Shown: positions 24,022 to 36,959 of the stretch, one piece after another
Layout of the letters: every line of letters begins with the position of its first letter
Position numbering within the stretch: the first letter of the stretch is position 1
Assembly: GCF_018977255.1 (NCBI RefSeq)
Contig: NW_024704743.1
Location: forward strand, 55,802,001 to 55,866,000
Length of the DNA: 64,000 bases
Direction: 5' to 3'
Source: Callorhinchus milii
Taxonomy: Eukaryota
Made by a program: the position numbers and the translations under genes
The notes under the pieces: model-generated
The model's database searches: none
Seen by the model: only the letters and a program-made list of their open reading frames with translations
Told to the model about the DNA's origin: nothing

Positions 24022-24350
24022 GGAGTCCTGTAGCTCAGTGGTTAGAGCACTCGCTTTGCAAGTGAGAGACCTGAGTTCAATTCCAGGCAGGGCAAAACCT
24101 TGGGCAAGTTTCCTCACGCCTAATAATAATCCCTCCAAAACCAAAAACAATAATAAATTGTTCATTTTCAATCTACGACTGTTTGTGGGACATTGCTGTG
24201 TGCAATTGGCTGCCACATTCGCCCACAAAATATACAGTCAATTCACTTTACAGTGTGTTCTGTGAAGCGCTTTGGGATGTCCTCCCGACGTGAAAAGCGC
24301 TATATCAAATGCAAGGATTATTATTATTATTATTATCATTATTATTATTA
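24022..24350 (+). mobile_element. Young tRNA-Ala-headed Deu-type SINE, short variant, full length
   Basis: A box TAGCTCAGTGG, TGC anticodon loop, B box GAGTTCAATTCC, Deu core, L2-like tail and (TTA)n. Confidence 0.92.
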
Positions 24351-25936
24351 CTTGTGTTGCCAGTGTTATTTTTGATTGCTAGGCTCTTGCTACTTTAATT
24401 TGCACATGAAGAAAGGTCACTTGGTTAAGAAAAAAACTGAAGGAAACTCCCTTCTCTTTTTGAATAGCTTTATAGTTTAATGCTTACCGAACAAGCAGAC
24501 AGGGCTTCAGATTAACATTTCACCCAAACAGTAAATGTGTCGAAATTGTGTGGGGAGTGGGGGAGGGTGAGAGGGAGAGGGAAATGTTCACAACCAGGGA
24601 AACCCATAACCAGTCTTCAAACAATAAATGGAACAATGCAATGTTTCGTCACATACACGGTAGCACATTTGATAATTATCAAATCTGTTATGAAACATTG
24701 TATTTTCCAATTCATTGTTTTTTGTTTCGGGTTTACAATAAGGGAACAACACACCTTCTCAGACCTAAGAACACTTTTAAAAGCAGCATTGTATCTTTAT
24801 TGAACAATGAGGTCCTATATTACTAAATCTAATGAAATTACAGTAATCTCCTGACAATTCATCACTCCAAAGGAAAAGGGCGCAGCGTCTAGTTATGTGG
24901 AGTGACGTGTTAGACATAGATCCTCCTAGGCCACAATGGACACTGTAACTGGTTCTGGCACTTGGTGGAAGTTGCATGTGCATGCTCAGATGCATCGCAG
25001 AGGTCTCGGGTCTATTGGAGGGTTGCAGCGTGAGCTCTTGCTGTATCCTGTCACATGATAGGTTGGTAAGTGGGCTGAGAGGCCTTGGCACGGCCCTCCA
25101 GTAAACCAGAGGCCTCTGCAATGTGTCTGAGCATGTGCACCAAATCACTGCCAAGCAGCTGCACCAGTCATAGGATAGGGTGGGAGGCCTCTGTGATGCA
25201 AGACATATAGGACTAATTATCTGATCAATTTTATATTGTGTCTACAAACAAGACTAGAATGCAACTGGTTATGTGTTTTGTGGTGTGACAAGCAAATTGG
25301 AATCTGTTATTAGCATTTTGCTTGCGAAGTGACCAAGATATTGACAGTGTGGCTCCTTAAATGGTAATAATTAGTTAAGACAGCATCTTGTTATCAGGAG
25401 TTTACTGTATCCAGATTTATCGCTTCTTTCTTTAGTATTCCCTGTTACTTTTTGATAAACTCTAATAAATTAAAAAAAAGTCTTATTTAAAATATTAAAC
25501 AACTTGTATTTATATAACACGTTGCCTTTCATGTCTCAAGGTGCTTAATAAAAAGCATTTGGCTCATTATCAACTTGCTATTACATTTATTGTATATAAA
25601 CGTCAAAATATACAATCTTTTCCCATGCCATTGTTTGCCACAGGAAATCCAGTGGGAAATCTTTCACCACTGGGTGGGGAACAGGGGCAAGCATTGCTTC
25701 ACTCCAATACATTCTGGGAAAGGTGACATCACTGAAGCCAGATTACATGCTGTAGTTGGACTGTGGTATTTTCCAGAGAATTTTGGCTCCTAAACTAAAT
25801 GATATATGCAGTATATATATTATGAGCCAAAATTCTGTGGAAACTTTTGTCATAAAGCAATAGAATTTTATAGCAAAGCTACAGAGACCAGCGGTGGGTT
25901 CCAAAATGTCCTAATTCTTCAAATACATTGCAGAGT

Positions 25937-26330
25937 TCCCCTGATGGCTCAGTTGGTAAACCTACTGCCTGGAGTGAGACTGAGTTGAAATGTTCCAGGT
26001 TCAGTTCATACTCTGTGCTGCATCTTAGCCGCACTAACAGTAGTGGTGTTAAAGTGCCTCTGGGATAGGGAAAGAAAAATGAGCTTCTGATTACTATCCA
26101 GTGACCCCTTCTGGAAAGAAAACTGCATTTGAGGACTTTGGCTGAGTGTAGGATTGAGCTGGGCTGCAATGCCCCCTCCCATAGCGGAAAAGCTTGCCAA
26201 CTCTTGTTGCCTTGGCTCACACATGAATAGTGGTCATTTTGCCAAGGACACTGCCTTCTCTTTTTGAATAGTGTCATGGGATCTTTGATCTCTACCTGAA
26301 CAGGCAGACGTGACCTGGGTTTAACGTATC
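25937..26330 (+). mobile_element. Old SINE (second family) abutting a Deu-SINE fragment
   Basis: Head ggctcagttggtaaa and motif ctatccagtgacccc.tctggaaa; minus-strand Deu fragment at ~26255-26330. Confidence 0.55.
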
Positions 26331-26796
26331 ATTTGAAATTTAAGTTCAAAAAGGTTTTTAAAAATCAAAACCTTGAGAGCATATTTCACTAATAACAGGA
26401 AGTCTAGACAAGTTAAATACTGTAAGACATCATATTGAAATAAAGCCCTAATTCCATCTTTTGCAGCTTCCGACTTACCAGTCAAGTGAAAAAATGAGAC
26501 AGACATACAGTCAATGCCACATAAACACATACCCGATCCAACCTTAACTCTGATCCAAGCACTGAATTCCAAAGTGCCAAACCACTTCCTGCTCACTCCC
26601 AACGTATGGAATTCCAATTCCAAGCCTAACAATTAAATACAAAATCTTGATCCAAGTAAAAATTGTTCCACAATTATCCACTTTTTATATTCATTCCTTT
26701 AAAGACAGTCAATCAGCAGTCACACATTGTTGCGAACAACTCATGCACAATAGATTTCTTAAATGATTGTTTGGGTTCAGATTCAAATTGCTGAAT

Positions 26797-27035
26797 GAAT
26801 AATAATCCATGCATTTGGTATAGCCCCCTATCATGTTGTTGAGATGTCTCAAAGAGCTTCACGAGGTATACTGTAAAGTGCAGTGACTGTGTGTTTGTGG
26901 ATAAAACCCAGCAGCTAATTTACATACAACAATGTTCCACAAACAGCCATGGAGTGAATGATCAATTTTATTCGAGGGTTGTTGACCAGGGAGAAACTCC
27001 TTTCTATTTTCAAACAGTGCAATCGGATCTTTAAC
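26797..27035 (-). mobile_element. Deu-type SINE split by an L2 insertion
   Basis: Tail and core on the minus strand up to ggatctttaaca; it resumes as aacatccacctga at ~27523. Confidence 0.75.
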
Positions 27036-27522
27036 AACAACAACAACAACAACAACAAGATTCCATTTATAAAGCGCCTTTCACGTCAGGAGGACGTCCC
27101 AAGGCGCTGCACAGTTGGGTCATGACCCGAGCAGGGGGGAAATGGTCAGGGTGAGGGAAGGGAGGGAGCAAGGAGGGGGAAATGGTCAGGGTGAGGGGAG
27201 GGAAGGGAGGGAGCGAGGAGGGGGAAGAGAGTCGAGAGGGGAGCTGAAGGCACGGTCAAAGAGAAAGGTTTTGAGACCGGCCTTGAAGGAGGAAAGGGAG
27301 GAAGCGGCGAAGGCACTGGGGGATGGAGTTCCAGAGCCTGGGGGCTGAGAGGCTGAAGGCCCGACCACCGATGGTAGGGCGGTTGGGGCGGGGGACGTGG
27401 AGCAGACCAGAGCCAGAGGAACGGAGGGTACGGGCAGGTAGGTAGGGGGATAGTAGGTTGGAGAGGTAGGAGTGAGCAAGGCCGTGAATGGCCTTGTAGG
27501 TGAGGATGAGGATCTTGAAATC
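27033..27522 (-). mobile_element. L2-clade LINE 3' fragment
   Basis: ORF 27256-27531(-) DFKILILTYKAIHGLAHSYLSNLLSPYLPARTLRSSGSGLLHVPR..TIGGRAFSLSAPRLWNSIP is the L2 ORF2 C-terminus; (CAA)n tail at ~27033-27058. Confidence 0.93.
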
Positions 27523-27584
27523 AACATCCACCTGACAAAGTTAAATGGGCTATTTTTAATTCCAGTTTGTGGAATAGATATTCA

Positions 27585-27752
27585 AGACTGAGGTTAATAG
27601 ATTTCTAAAGGATAGAAGGATTAAGGGATATGGGGATAGAGTGGGTAAATGGAATTAGGTTAGAAGATCAGCCATGATCTTATTAAATGGCAGGGCAGGC
27701 TTGAGGGGCCGAATAGCCTACTCCTGCTCCTATTACATATGTTCTTATGGTC
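27585..27752 (+). mobile_element. CR1 3' tail fragment
   Basis: aagggatatgggga...gatcagccatgatc...ggggccgaatagcctactcctgctcctatt...gttcttatg. Confidence 0.75.
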
Positions 27753-28499
27753 TTGTAGTGAGCCCAACATAATTGTTATGCCAGAGAATTAGCTCTTTGT
27801 AATTTATTTATGTCTTTATTATGATTCTACTGTGTCAAGCAATCAGTTCCAGTTGTATATTTTAAGTAACCATTAAGTGATGCCCCAGATATACCACCAG
27901 TACTGTCCAAAGTGAGCCCAATTTTGTATTGATCCTTATTATGACTTACCATTCAGCATAGGATAATCTGCCCACAACTGCAGTAATAGATTGACATTTC
28001 TCCTGGCAAGTTGCCATGCACTATATGATCTGTTTTTTTCTAAGGATGCAGTTCAGCAGTTTGCTTTGATCTCCCTGCCCTCCGTATGTTTGCTAAATCT
28101 AGGGTAAGTTTAAAAGTTACCTTGTTGCAGTGCTTCAATCTGCGCTGTTTACTGTATCTGAGAAACATAACCCTGGAAACCACACCAACCCTTAAGGCAA
28201 ACATATTATAAGCAGCAGCTGAGCCTCATCCGATTGCTTCCCTGGTTGGTTTCACTGAAGAAATGCTGGCTGCTGTGACAAGAAGAAGGTTTAAGTGAAT
28301 CTTTGGTTTGATTAAGCCTATAATCTTACTCCTCCTAGTAAATAGTATTTATTACAAGCTATACAACAAGTAGATCAATATTTGCTATTACACCTATTAA
28401 AATAGCATTCTTCGAGTCATAATTTATACCATGTTGAAATTATCACTAGAGTCCTATTTCAGTTTTCTATAATCGTTTCCTTACAACGCTAGACTCTTG

Positions 28500-28892
28500 T
28501 GTGTCAGTCTAGCTCAGTGGTAGCATATTCACCTCTGTGAAAGCAGATTGTGGGTTCAACCCCCATGTTTGGACTTGAAATTACAGTCTAAGATTACACT
28601 TCAATACACTACGGGAGTCAGATGCCATCCTCCGGATGAGACATTAAACCGAGGCCTGTTTTCTGTTCACGTGGACGTTCAGATATCATGGCACTATTCG
28701 AAAAGAGAAGGAAGTTTCTTCCGGTATCATGACCAACAAATTCCCAAATAAAATTGATCATTCACTCCATGGCTGTTTGTGCGACACTGCTGTGCACTAA
28801 ACTGTCTGCCACATTTCACCCACAGAATACATAGTCAATCCTGTGAGATTCTTGTGATAAGACGCTATATTAAATTCAAGGATTATTATTAG
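28500..28892 (+). mobile_element. Older Deu-type SINE
   Basis: Head, ggatgagacattaaaccgagg body, core and tail are colinear with 30486-30925. Confidence 0.78.
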
Positions 28893-29144
28893 TGTCCTGT
28901 GAAGCACTTACTTTGAGGCATTCTCCTTATACAAAGGGTGCTGTATCATATGTAAGGATTATTATACAATTTAATTGATATAACCTTCCACATTCAGAGG
29001 ACGCCCTATTATTATTTCTGCTGGTAAATGGATGTGCATCATCACACCGATACACATTTTATAGTATATTCTATGAAGCGCTTCGAGATATTTCAACAAT
29101 GTGATAAGGAGCTGTATCAAATGCAAATATAATTATTATTATCA

Positions 29145-29850
29145 TCTTCCATAGCACTAAGTTGTTTTTAAATGAGTCCAGTGTCCAGGCCTCTACCACC
29201 ATGCCCAGAAACCTGTTCCAATCGTTAATTATTCTGTGGATAAAGAAAGAAATACTAGTGGGTGAAACAGCTATTGTAACCCTAAATCCATGTCCTCTTG
29301 TTCCACTATCTTGGTGTATCAACAGTAATAATAATAATATTAATAATAATAATAATCCTTGCATTTCATATAGCATTTTTCACGTCTTCTAGACGTCTCA
29401 AAGCGCTTCACAGAATAGGCTGTTAGGTGAATTGAATGTATATTTGTGGGCGAAACGCGGTAGCCAATTGCCAATTGTAGATTGAAAATGACCAATTTAT
29501 TATTGTTTTGCTTTTTGGAGGGATTATTATTAGGTGTGTGAAGTAAGGAAACTTGCCCAAGGTTTCGCCCTGCCTGGAATTGAACCCAGGTATTTCGCTT
29601 GCAAGGCGAGTGCTCTAACCACTGAGCTACAGGACTCCACAGTATCATTCTGAGTTTACTTTCTCAAACACATTTAGAATTGTATGGTCACACCTGTCTT
29701 TTTGCAAGAATAAAGAGCCCTAGCTTACCTAATTATTGTTCATATTTCATTCCTCTAACATTGGGAATCACCCTCGTTAATCTCCTCTGTACTGCCTCTA
29801 GGCCTGGGCACCCTATTTATGTCTCAGTGTTCAAAACTGTATGCATTAAT
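29145..29850 (-). mobile_element. CR1 fragment (minus strand) interrupted by a SINE at 29328-29638
   Basis: Minus-strand translation contains TRGHGFRV...FFIHRIINDWNRFL..VVEA.TLDSFKN (CR1 C-terminus). CR1-like sequence continues after the SINE. Confidence 0.75.
29328..29638 (-). mobile_element. Young tRNA-Ala-headed Deu-type SINE, short variant, with TSD
   Basis: Full head to tail, flanked by ACAGTA at 29322-29327 and 29639-29644. Confidence 0.92.
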
Positions 29851-30139
29851 ATAGATATAAGAACATAAGAATTAGGAGCAGGAGTAGGCCATTCGGCCCC
29901 TTGAGCCTGCCCCGCCATTCGATAAGATCATGGCTGATCTATGGACTGACCAAAGCACTGCACAGCTTGAGTACATCATCTGGTGATCAAAACTCATCTA
30001 AAAGTGATGTCATTGATGACCTAACATGGGGAAGTTGGCTATTACTTAATACAGAATGGGCATGCAGGAAACTGTGTGTACATGTGGACAGTGAATGTGG
30101 AAATGCTGACCAGCAACTGGACACCAATATATTTCTGGC

Positions 30140-30330
30140 TGGAATTTTTTTTATTTCCCGACTATCACATTAAAACAGAGCTCAATTGTATTTATTCAAT
30201 CATAACCCTTCATAATCTTGAAGAGCTCTAACAAGTCATCCCTTAACCTTTTCAGCTCTAGACAAAAAAAACAGCTTCTCAAGACTCTCTTCACAACGGA
30301 AATCCTTTCGTCTCTTCTAACATCCCAACG
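30140..30330 (-). mobile_element. CR1 fragment
   Basis: Minus-strand ORF ends in FCLELKRLRDDLLELFKIMKGYD (CR1 motif LFSLE.RRLRGDLIE.FKI..G.D). Confidence 0.75.
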
Positions 30331-30485
30331 AATCATGATTCGTTGGGATGTTAGAAGTTTGAGATATGTTTTTCTCCACTCCTCTGCAGACAACTGAAGG
30401 TTATGTTGTATAGCTTCTGCTGGACAACAGACACATTTTTCTGGTCATGGGAAGGAATGAGATTTCTTCCTTACAGGCCCATCTG

Positions 30486-30925
30486 TGTGTCAGCCTAGCT
30501 CAGTAGGAAACACTCTCGCCTCTGAGTCAGAAGGTTGTGGGTTCAAGGCCCATGTCGGGACTTGAACTCACATAATCTAAGAAGACACTCCTATGCAGTG
30601 CTGGGTGTGTGCTACGTTGTTGGAGTTGCTGCTCTTTGCATGAAATGATAAACTGAGTCTGCCTGTTTAGGTGGATATTAATCATTTCATAGCACTACTA
30701 AAAAAAAGAGAAAGGAGTTTGTCTCAGTGTCCTGGCTAACAATAACCCAAATAAAATTGGTCATTCACTTCATGGTTGTTTGTGGGACATTGCTGTGCAC
30801 AATGGGCTATTGTATTTGCCTACAAATACACAGGCACTCCACTTCACAGTAGATCCTGTGTAGTGTTTTGGGACGTTCTCTCGACGTGAAAGGCACTATT
30901 CCAAATGCAAGGATATTTATTATTA
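30486..30925 (+). mobile_element. Older Deu-type SINE (SacSINE1-like), full length
   Basis: Head gtgtcagcctagctcagt...cactctcgcctctgagtcagaaggttgtgggttcaag, Deu body/core and L2-like tail. Confidence 0.85.
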
Positions 30926-33900
30926 TCTGAACATTTCAATGACACCAAGGAATATCCAATGGCTAGAAAATGAAGCATGATTTGCAGCTTCTACATTTAG
31001 AGCACAGAAACTTAGACATGTGTATTTGCTTCCTGTGTTATGCCCAATGCTGTAGAATGCATTCCACAGTGTAACAGGGGTTGATTCCACACCTCTGGGA
31101 ACCCCTGGATTTGCAGAGCTGCAGCTATTCAAAAAACCTCTTGTACATTATGTGGTATGAATGTCAGTGACATTCCAATAACCAAGTACAAAGGTTAGTG
31201 GCCACAACAACGGTGCAGATAATAAATTCACACAGTTCAAATAGCAACTACCATATGTGTCACTCATGCAAAGCAAATCTCAGCCATATATTTTGAATTT
31301 TTAGACTCGAAATATATGACTCGATATCATAAGCACTTATTGCCAAGGTCCATAAATTTATACTGACCTTCGAAGAATCACCCCAATGTTTTTAAAATGT
31401 CATTACATCCTGTATGACCTAAGATGTATTAAATGTTCCCATTGGGCTCTGTTTGTGAGTCAGACACCATTAGTGGAACTTTTCTTTGATTTGCAGTAAG
31501 TTGTAAATTTCCTTTTAGTGTCACAGTCCAAATAGTACTTAGAGAAACAACACATTGGAAAACGTCAAATACAGATCTTAAATGATGCTGGAAGGCAATT
31601 ATTCCAAGTATTCTGCAGTTATCTGGTGTCTCTGAGGACTGTATTTAATAATGGCTTGAGTCAGCATTTAATCCTAGGTCAGTTCTAGATGTCTCAGCTT
31701 TGGCAGAGTTTGCTCAGAATCGACTGATAGCACTGAATGGAATTACAGACTCCAATTCAAAAGAGACTTTATAAACAAAACAATGATTACTTGTTAGTGA
31801 TATAATACTTTGTAAAGAATGTAAAGTCCCTCTGAATACCTCAAACAATACTAATAAAAGCGTTGACATTGAATATATATACTTTATTTGTTGAGTTATA
31901 GTTTCTATAACATATGTGTTTATATCTATAATAACAATCTCATTTCAACCTGAACATCAGTCTACTAACATGGCATAATAATGAGATTAACAAATAGCTC
32001 ACCACATCCATTCTTCCATCCTGTAAATATAAAAAATAATCCTTGCATTTGATATCCTTGCTTTATTTTACTGTGAAAACACCAGAATACACTTCAAGGA
32101 TTTATTGTAAATTATAATAATTGTGTATTTGTAGCCAAACTATATTGTTACTTTAGGATAATTATATATAATAGCTCCACTTGCAGCTTACATTGTTTGC
32201 AATAATTAGAGGTTAATAAAATATAATGTATGTGTCCAGAAAATAAATGAATTCTGAATTATCTTTTGGAGTGATGTTGTTCATGAGAGATGGAGCTGGA
32301 TAGGTTGATAATTGGATGTAAATGCAGATACAGACAAACAGAAAGCCGGCAAGATAGTTAAAATTACTGCTGTGAGTGTATTCTTGTGTAAATGGAAAAG
32401 TGAATACTAGGGTGTTGTGATCATGATACGCTATATTTATGGAAAAAGTGCATGCTTCAAGCGTTTTGTTTATGTCTAAGATCCCAAGTTGTCAATGATT
32501 CTGTTTTAACATTAGTAAATTAATGCCTCTGATGCTGTTGTAGATTGGGATTAGCGATATGTATCAGTGAAATGATTGTCCTTGGAACCTCCCTACCAAA
32601 ACCACATTGAGGAGGTGGTTTCACCATGACATTGATTCACACCGCTGCAGGCGAATAGCAATTCAGTTTCCATCAAGAATAGTTTTCCTCTTAATTTTCT
32701 CCACTGAGTGGCTCACTGTTTGGTGGAACATGATTCCAAAGTCATCTTATGTCTTCCAACACCACAGCTAAGAGGCTATTCTTCAACCTAGCCAGTGTTT
32801 TCTAGTAGACTATTTGACTGAGTGATTCAAAGCTAAGCTTTATCCCTTTCCCACGCAATGTTCACACAGGCACTTTATCTAGAGCAGAGTGTCACTGGAG
32901 AAAAATCAAGGGCAGGATTTTCCCTGTCTGTTGAACAGAGGCTGCTCAGACCAAATGTTGTTTAAATTGAGATCAGATGGCTCACCAGAGACTAGGATTC
33001 TAAGGTGCAACATTCTGATCTTGCATTGCTACACTAGGCAATGACTTTATTCACTCAAAATAAATCTGAAGTTGAATTTTATGTGCTACTATGATATAAA
33101 TGCATTGGAAGAATCAGTGAAATAGCTTGCCGTAAGTCTCGTGCTGTTATTAGAATGGATGTGGGGCTTGTGGTAATTCAAGACCCTTTAACGGACAACT
33201 TTAATGTTATTAAAATGGGTCTCACTGCTGCTTTTTAGCAATTTTTTTAAAAACTACATTGTTTTAGTTGCTCATACACTCATACTTGCAAGGTCGAAAT
33301 TTCACCACCACCTAGCCTAAAGAATATTTTGTTTTAAATATGGCACATGCTTGTGGCTTTTGGATAATTCTTAACTTCAGTCTTAATTTGGAAGCCGGTT
33401 CTTTTTAAAAACTGTTATAATGCACCTCATTGAAACGTTGAACCTTATAATGCCACTGAATACAGACTTTTTCTTGAGTGAAAATCGATATTGCGCCATT
33501 GAAATTCTGTCATTGTGAAAAAATCACCAAATGGTCAGTCATCAGTTGGCACTAATGTTATTTCCTGCATTAGTGCTTGCACGTTGCATGGAGGGAGCAC
33601 TGCAAACATAGTTTCCTGGGTGCTGTACACCATAAGCACTGCTAATATCACTTCACAAAGGAGAAATAGCATTAGTCTTAACTTTGGGCTATTTATTTGG
33701 TGACCTTTTTAAGCTACAGCTTATTCATCAGTCTCAGTGACATAAATACGAACCAACTTGTCGACTAAGGAAATAGAAGCAGACTTTGACACTCTGTAGC
33801 AGGTGTATAAATCCATCTGTCTTTAATTCTGAAGGAGGTGGAAACAGCAGCTAATTTCAGAGCCCTCACATCTGAATGATATCATCTCAAATTCAGGAAA

Positions 33901-34066
33901 ATATAATAACATAATAATACTATAATTATAATATTATTTCAGTTTTACATGCGAATGTTATGTATAAATTAGTTTGATAGCTTAAAATGGTAAAATCTAT
34001 TAAAAAAAGGCATTAAATAATACAGAGTATATTTTTACTTTGAAAGAATCACACACAGCTCGCGTT

Positions 34067-34251
34067 TGGGGGAAAATTCCACCCGGGTCTACATTTCTTT
34101 ATTTTCGCAGCATTTCAGACTCCAGAATTTGGCAAGTTGGTGCATTCAGCCTTACCTTTGAAGTTGGTTTCCTGTAGTTCTTAAAAGTTCTTGTAAATGA
34201 AGGCTATAGTTAAGATTTGCCATATTCTAATCCAGGTGGAATTTTCACCCC
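34067..34251. mobile_element. Palindromic MITE-like element
   Basis: Termini ggggaaaattccacccgg / ccaggtggaattttcacccc; interior is similar to the 4536 and 54293 copies. Confidence 0.72.
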
Positions 34252-35519
34252 TTTGTGATATTTAAAGTTACTTCTCAAACATTTCATCTGAGCACTTATA
34301 AAATATTTGCTTACACCATAATATATATTTATAGACTAATGCATTTCTAAAACCAAAACTAATCTTTTCCAGCATTACAGTGGAGTCTAAACTTTACAAC
34401 TGGTGGTGTTGATTGGTGGTGGGAGGGGGGGGAAATCACCTCTTTTTGTATTTGAAATTGGATCTGAAAAGTTTAGTTAGTCTCTAAATTAATGCAGGGA
34501 ACAACTTGGTGCCACACTCTGGTGTGACATTATTTTTTTTCTTTACTGCTAAATTTATATTTCTATTAATTTAATAATGTGAACTGGTACATGTTCAGTA
34601 AACTGTATATTCCTCATAACTCATATAACAAAAAAAAAGCCTCATTATTTAATAATGATATCTATTGAGGCATTTACCTCTGTATTGAGTGTGGCTTACT
34701 AAGGTATTGCCCTAAACTCCACACTGGAAGATGTTAATATCAATGACTGGGACAGGAGTATTGTGTTTATAATGTTGGTTATAACTCAACGCTGAAAGTT
34801 CCTTATAATAAATGAACGCTGGAGTATTTACTCTATTGCTTTCAGACTATGATATTATCAGTTATAAATTAATTGATTTCAGTGTTTTAGGACATCTGCC
34901 CAACACGATAGGCACTACATAAATGTAATATTGTTGTTGTTGTACTATACATTGATTTCCTGGAACAATTCTATGATTGTCAGAGGGATTTTGACCCAAT
35001 AAATATTTATTTTCTTTGCACTTTATGAATATATTACATACTTTGGAGACACATTTCAGAACAATATTTTTCATAAATTCATTACTTAATAGGTTCCAAT
35101 TTGTAACATTTCTTTAACAGGATTCCTTAATCTAGAATCCCAATTTCGCAAACATTGAGTCCTTCCACTAATCAGATGCATGTCATGCCAACCCGTGAAA
35201 TCTGATCCAAATCAACCTCCAGAATGCAGTTTCTTGTCCAGAAATTGTATTTCCTTCATAATAATAATAATGATGATGATAATCCTTGAATTTGATATAG
35301 TGCCTTATCATATCTTTGAGATGCCTCAAAGCACTTCAGAGAATGTACTGTAAAGTGAATTGACTATATTTTATGGACAAAAAAATCATGAATCATGAAT
35401 CTTGGTAAGAAATACTGCAATTTAGACATGGATATTGTATAATTGAACAGTGAAGAATATAATAATTTATTTTAAAATAAATTGTTATATTCTGAAAACA
35501 ATTTTTATTCCTTTCCTGA

Positions 35520-35930
35520 AAAAGAATTTAGGAGGAACTGCTTCATGCAGAGGATAGTGAGATTGTTGAACCTTGCTGCCTGAAGTAGTGGTTGAAAGTA
35601 GTATACATGCATTCATGAGGAAGCTATACCTTCACATTGAGGGAGAGGGGAATAGAAGGGCATGAGTGGGAGGGAAGAGTGGCTGAAGACTCGTGTGGAG
35701 TATAAACACCATAATGGACTGTTTGGGTCGAGTGGTCAATTCTGCGCTGTTCGTTCTTTGGAAATCTTTGTACAGTAAATGCCAATAGACAAATGAGACC
35801 ATTCTCATCAGAGTGGAGGAAGCTGAGGATGATGTGATTTAGGTGTTTAACATATTGATAGAGTTTGAGAGAATTAATCATGAAAAACTCTTTCTGTTGG
35901 TTGGGATATGCAGATAAGAGGGCATGATAT
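35520..35930 (+). mobile_element. CR1 3' fragments
   Basis: gaatttaggaggaact..ttcatgcagagg.tagtgag... tail, then a second piece gctgaggatgatgtgatttaggtgtttaa. Confidence 0.6.
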
Positions 35931-36096
35931 CAGCATTCTATAGTTCTATCTGCAGAATATTTTTAAAATGTTTAACACATCCTTGTATTTCCTGCATTTA
36001 CAAAAATGTATTTCTTGCTATGAATCAGAAATGAGTGGAATTATACACAGTCACTACCAGTATGTATTATAATCAATGTGAGGGTTGATTATACAA

Positions 36097-36413
36097 TAAT
36101 AATAATAATCCTTGCATTTGATATAGCGCTTTTCACGTCGGGAGGACGTCCCAAAGCGCTTCACAAAACACACTGTAAAGTGAATTGACTGTATATTTGT
36201 GGGCAAACGCGGCAGCCAATTGCGCACAGTAATGTCCCACAAACAGTCGTAGATTGAAAAATTACCAATTTTATTATTGTTTTTGGTTTTTGGAGGGATT
36301 ATTATTAGGCGTGAGGAGTAAGGAAACTTGCCCAAGGTTTTGCCCTGCCTGGAATTGAACTCAGGTCTCTCGCTTGCAAAGCGAGTGCTCTAACCACTGA
36401 GCTACAGGACTCC
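36097..36413 (-). mobile_element. Young tRNA-Ala-headed Deu-type SINE, short variant, with TSD
   Basis: Full length, flanked by ATACAA at 36091-36096 and 36414-36419. Confidence 0.93.
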
Positions 36414-36959
36414 ATACAAAGGTAGATTAAGATCTTGTGTATTTTCACCATAACGTTGTACACCAAATTAAAGATTCCCTTGATTTGCAGAAAACTAAAC
36501 ATTGAACTGTGAACGTTAGTTGTCAGGCGCTCATAAACTCATTCTGTTTATTAGTGAATAGCTGAATCATATACTTTACATGTGGGAAGGTTCCAGGTGT
36601 GAGCCTTGATCCATGTGAGCTGATCTCAGACAATATGACGTTAGAGCTGCAACCATCAATGTCCAAGGTTATAGGCGGTAAAAACAGTCAAAAATTCATG
36701 TTATTGATCACTATCCAACTCCTGCTGGAAGTGCATACATGTGTGGATACGATGAGTTAAGAATCAGCCTTCCCTACAATTTAACCTGCTAACCTACTGA
36801 GAGTCAAAGCTCACACTGTGAATAAAGCCACTGTAAGTGCAATTGGAAGTCAGAGAATTGGATTTCTGTGGAAGAGAAAGAATGAGTGAAACATCTTATG
36901 AATATGAGGGAGGGAAAATTGAAGGAGTAAAAAAGGAAGACAAACAACAATGATTTTAT

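Noticed and set aside
24022..24095. tRNA-Ala(TGC)-like sequences (also at ~29570, ~36345, ~57825)
   Set aside because: These are SINE heads: they lack a proper acceptor stem and always continue into the Deu core and tail.
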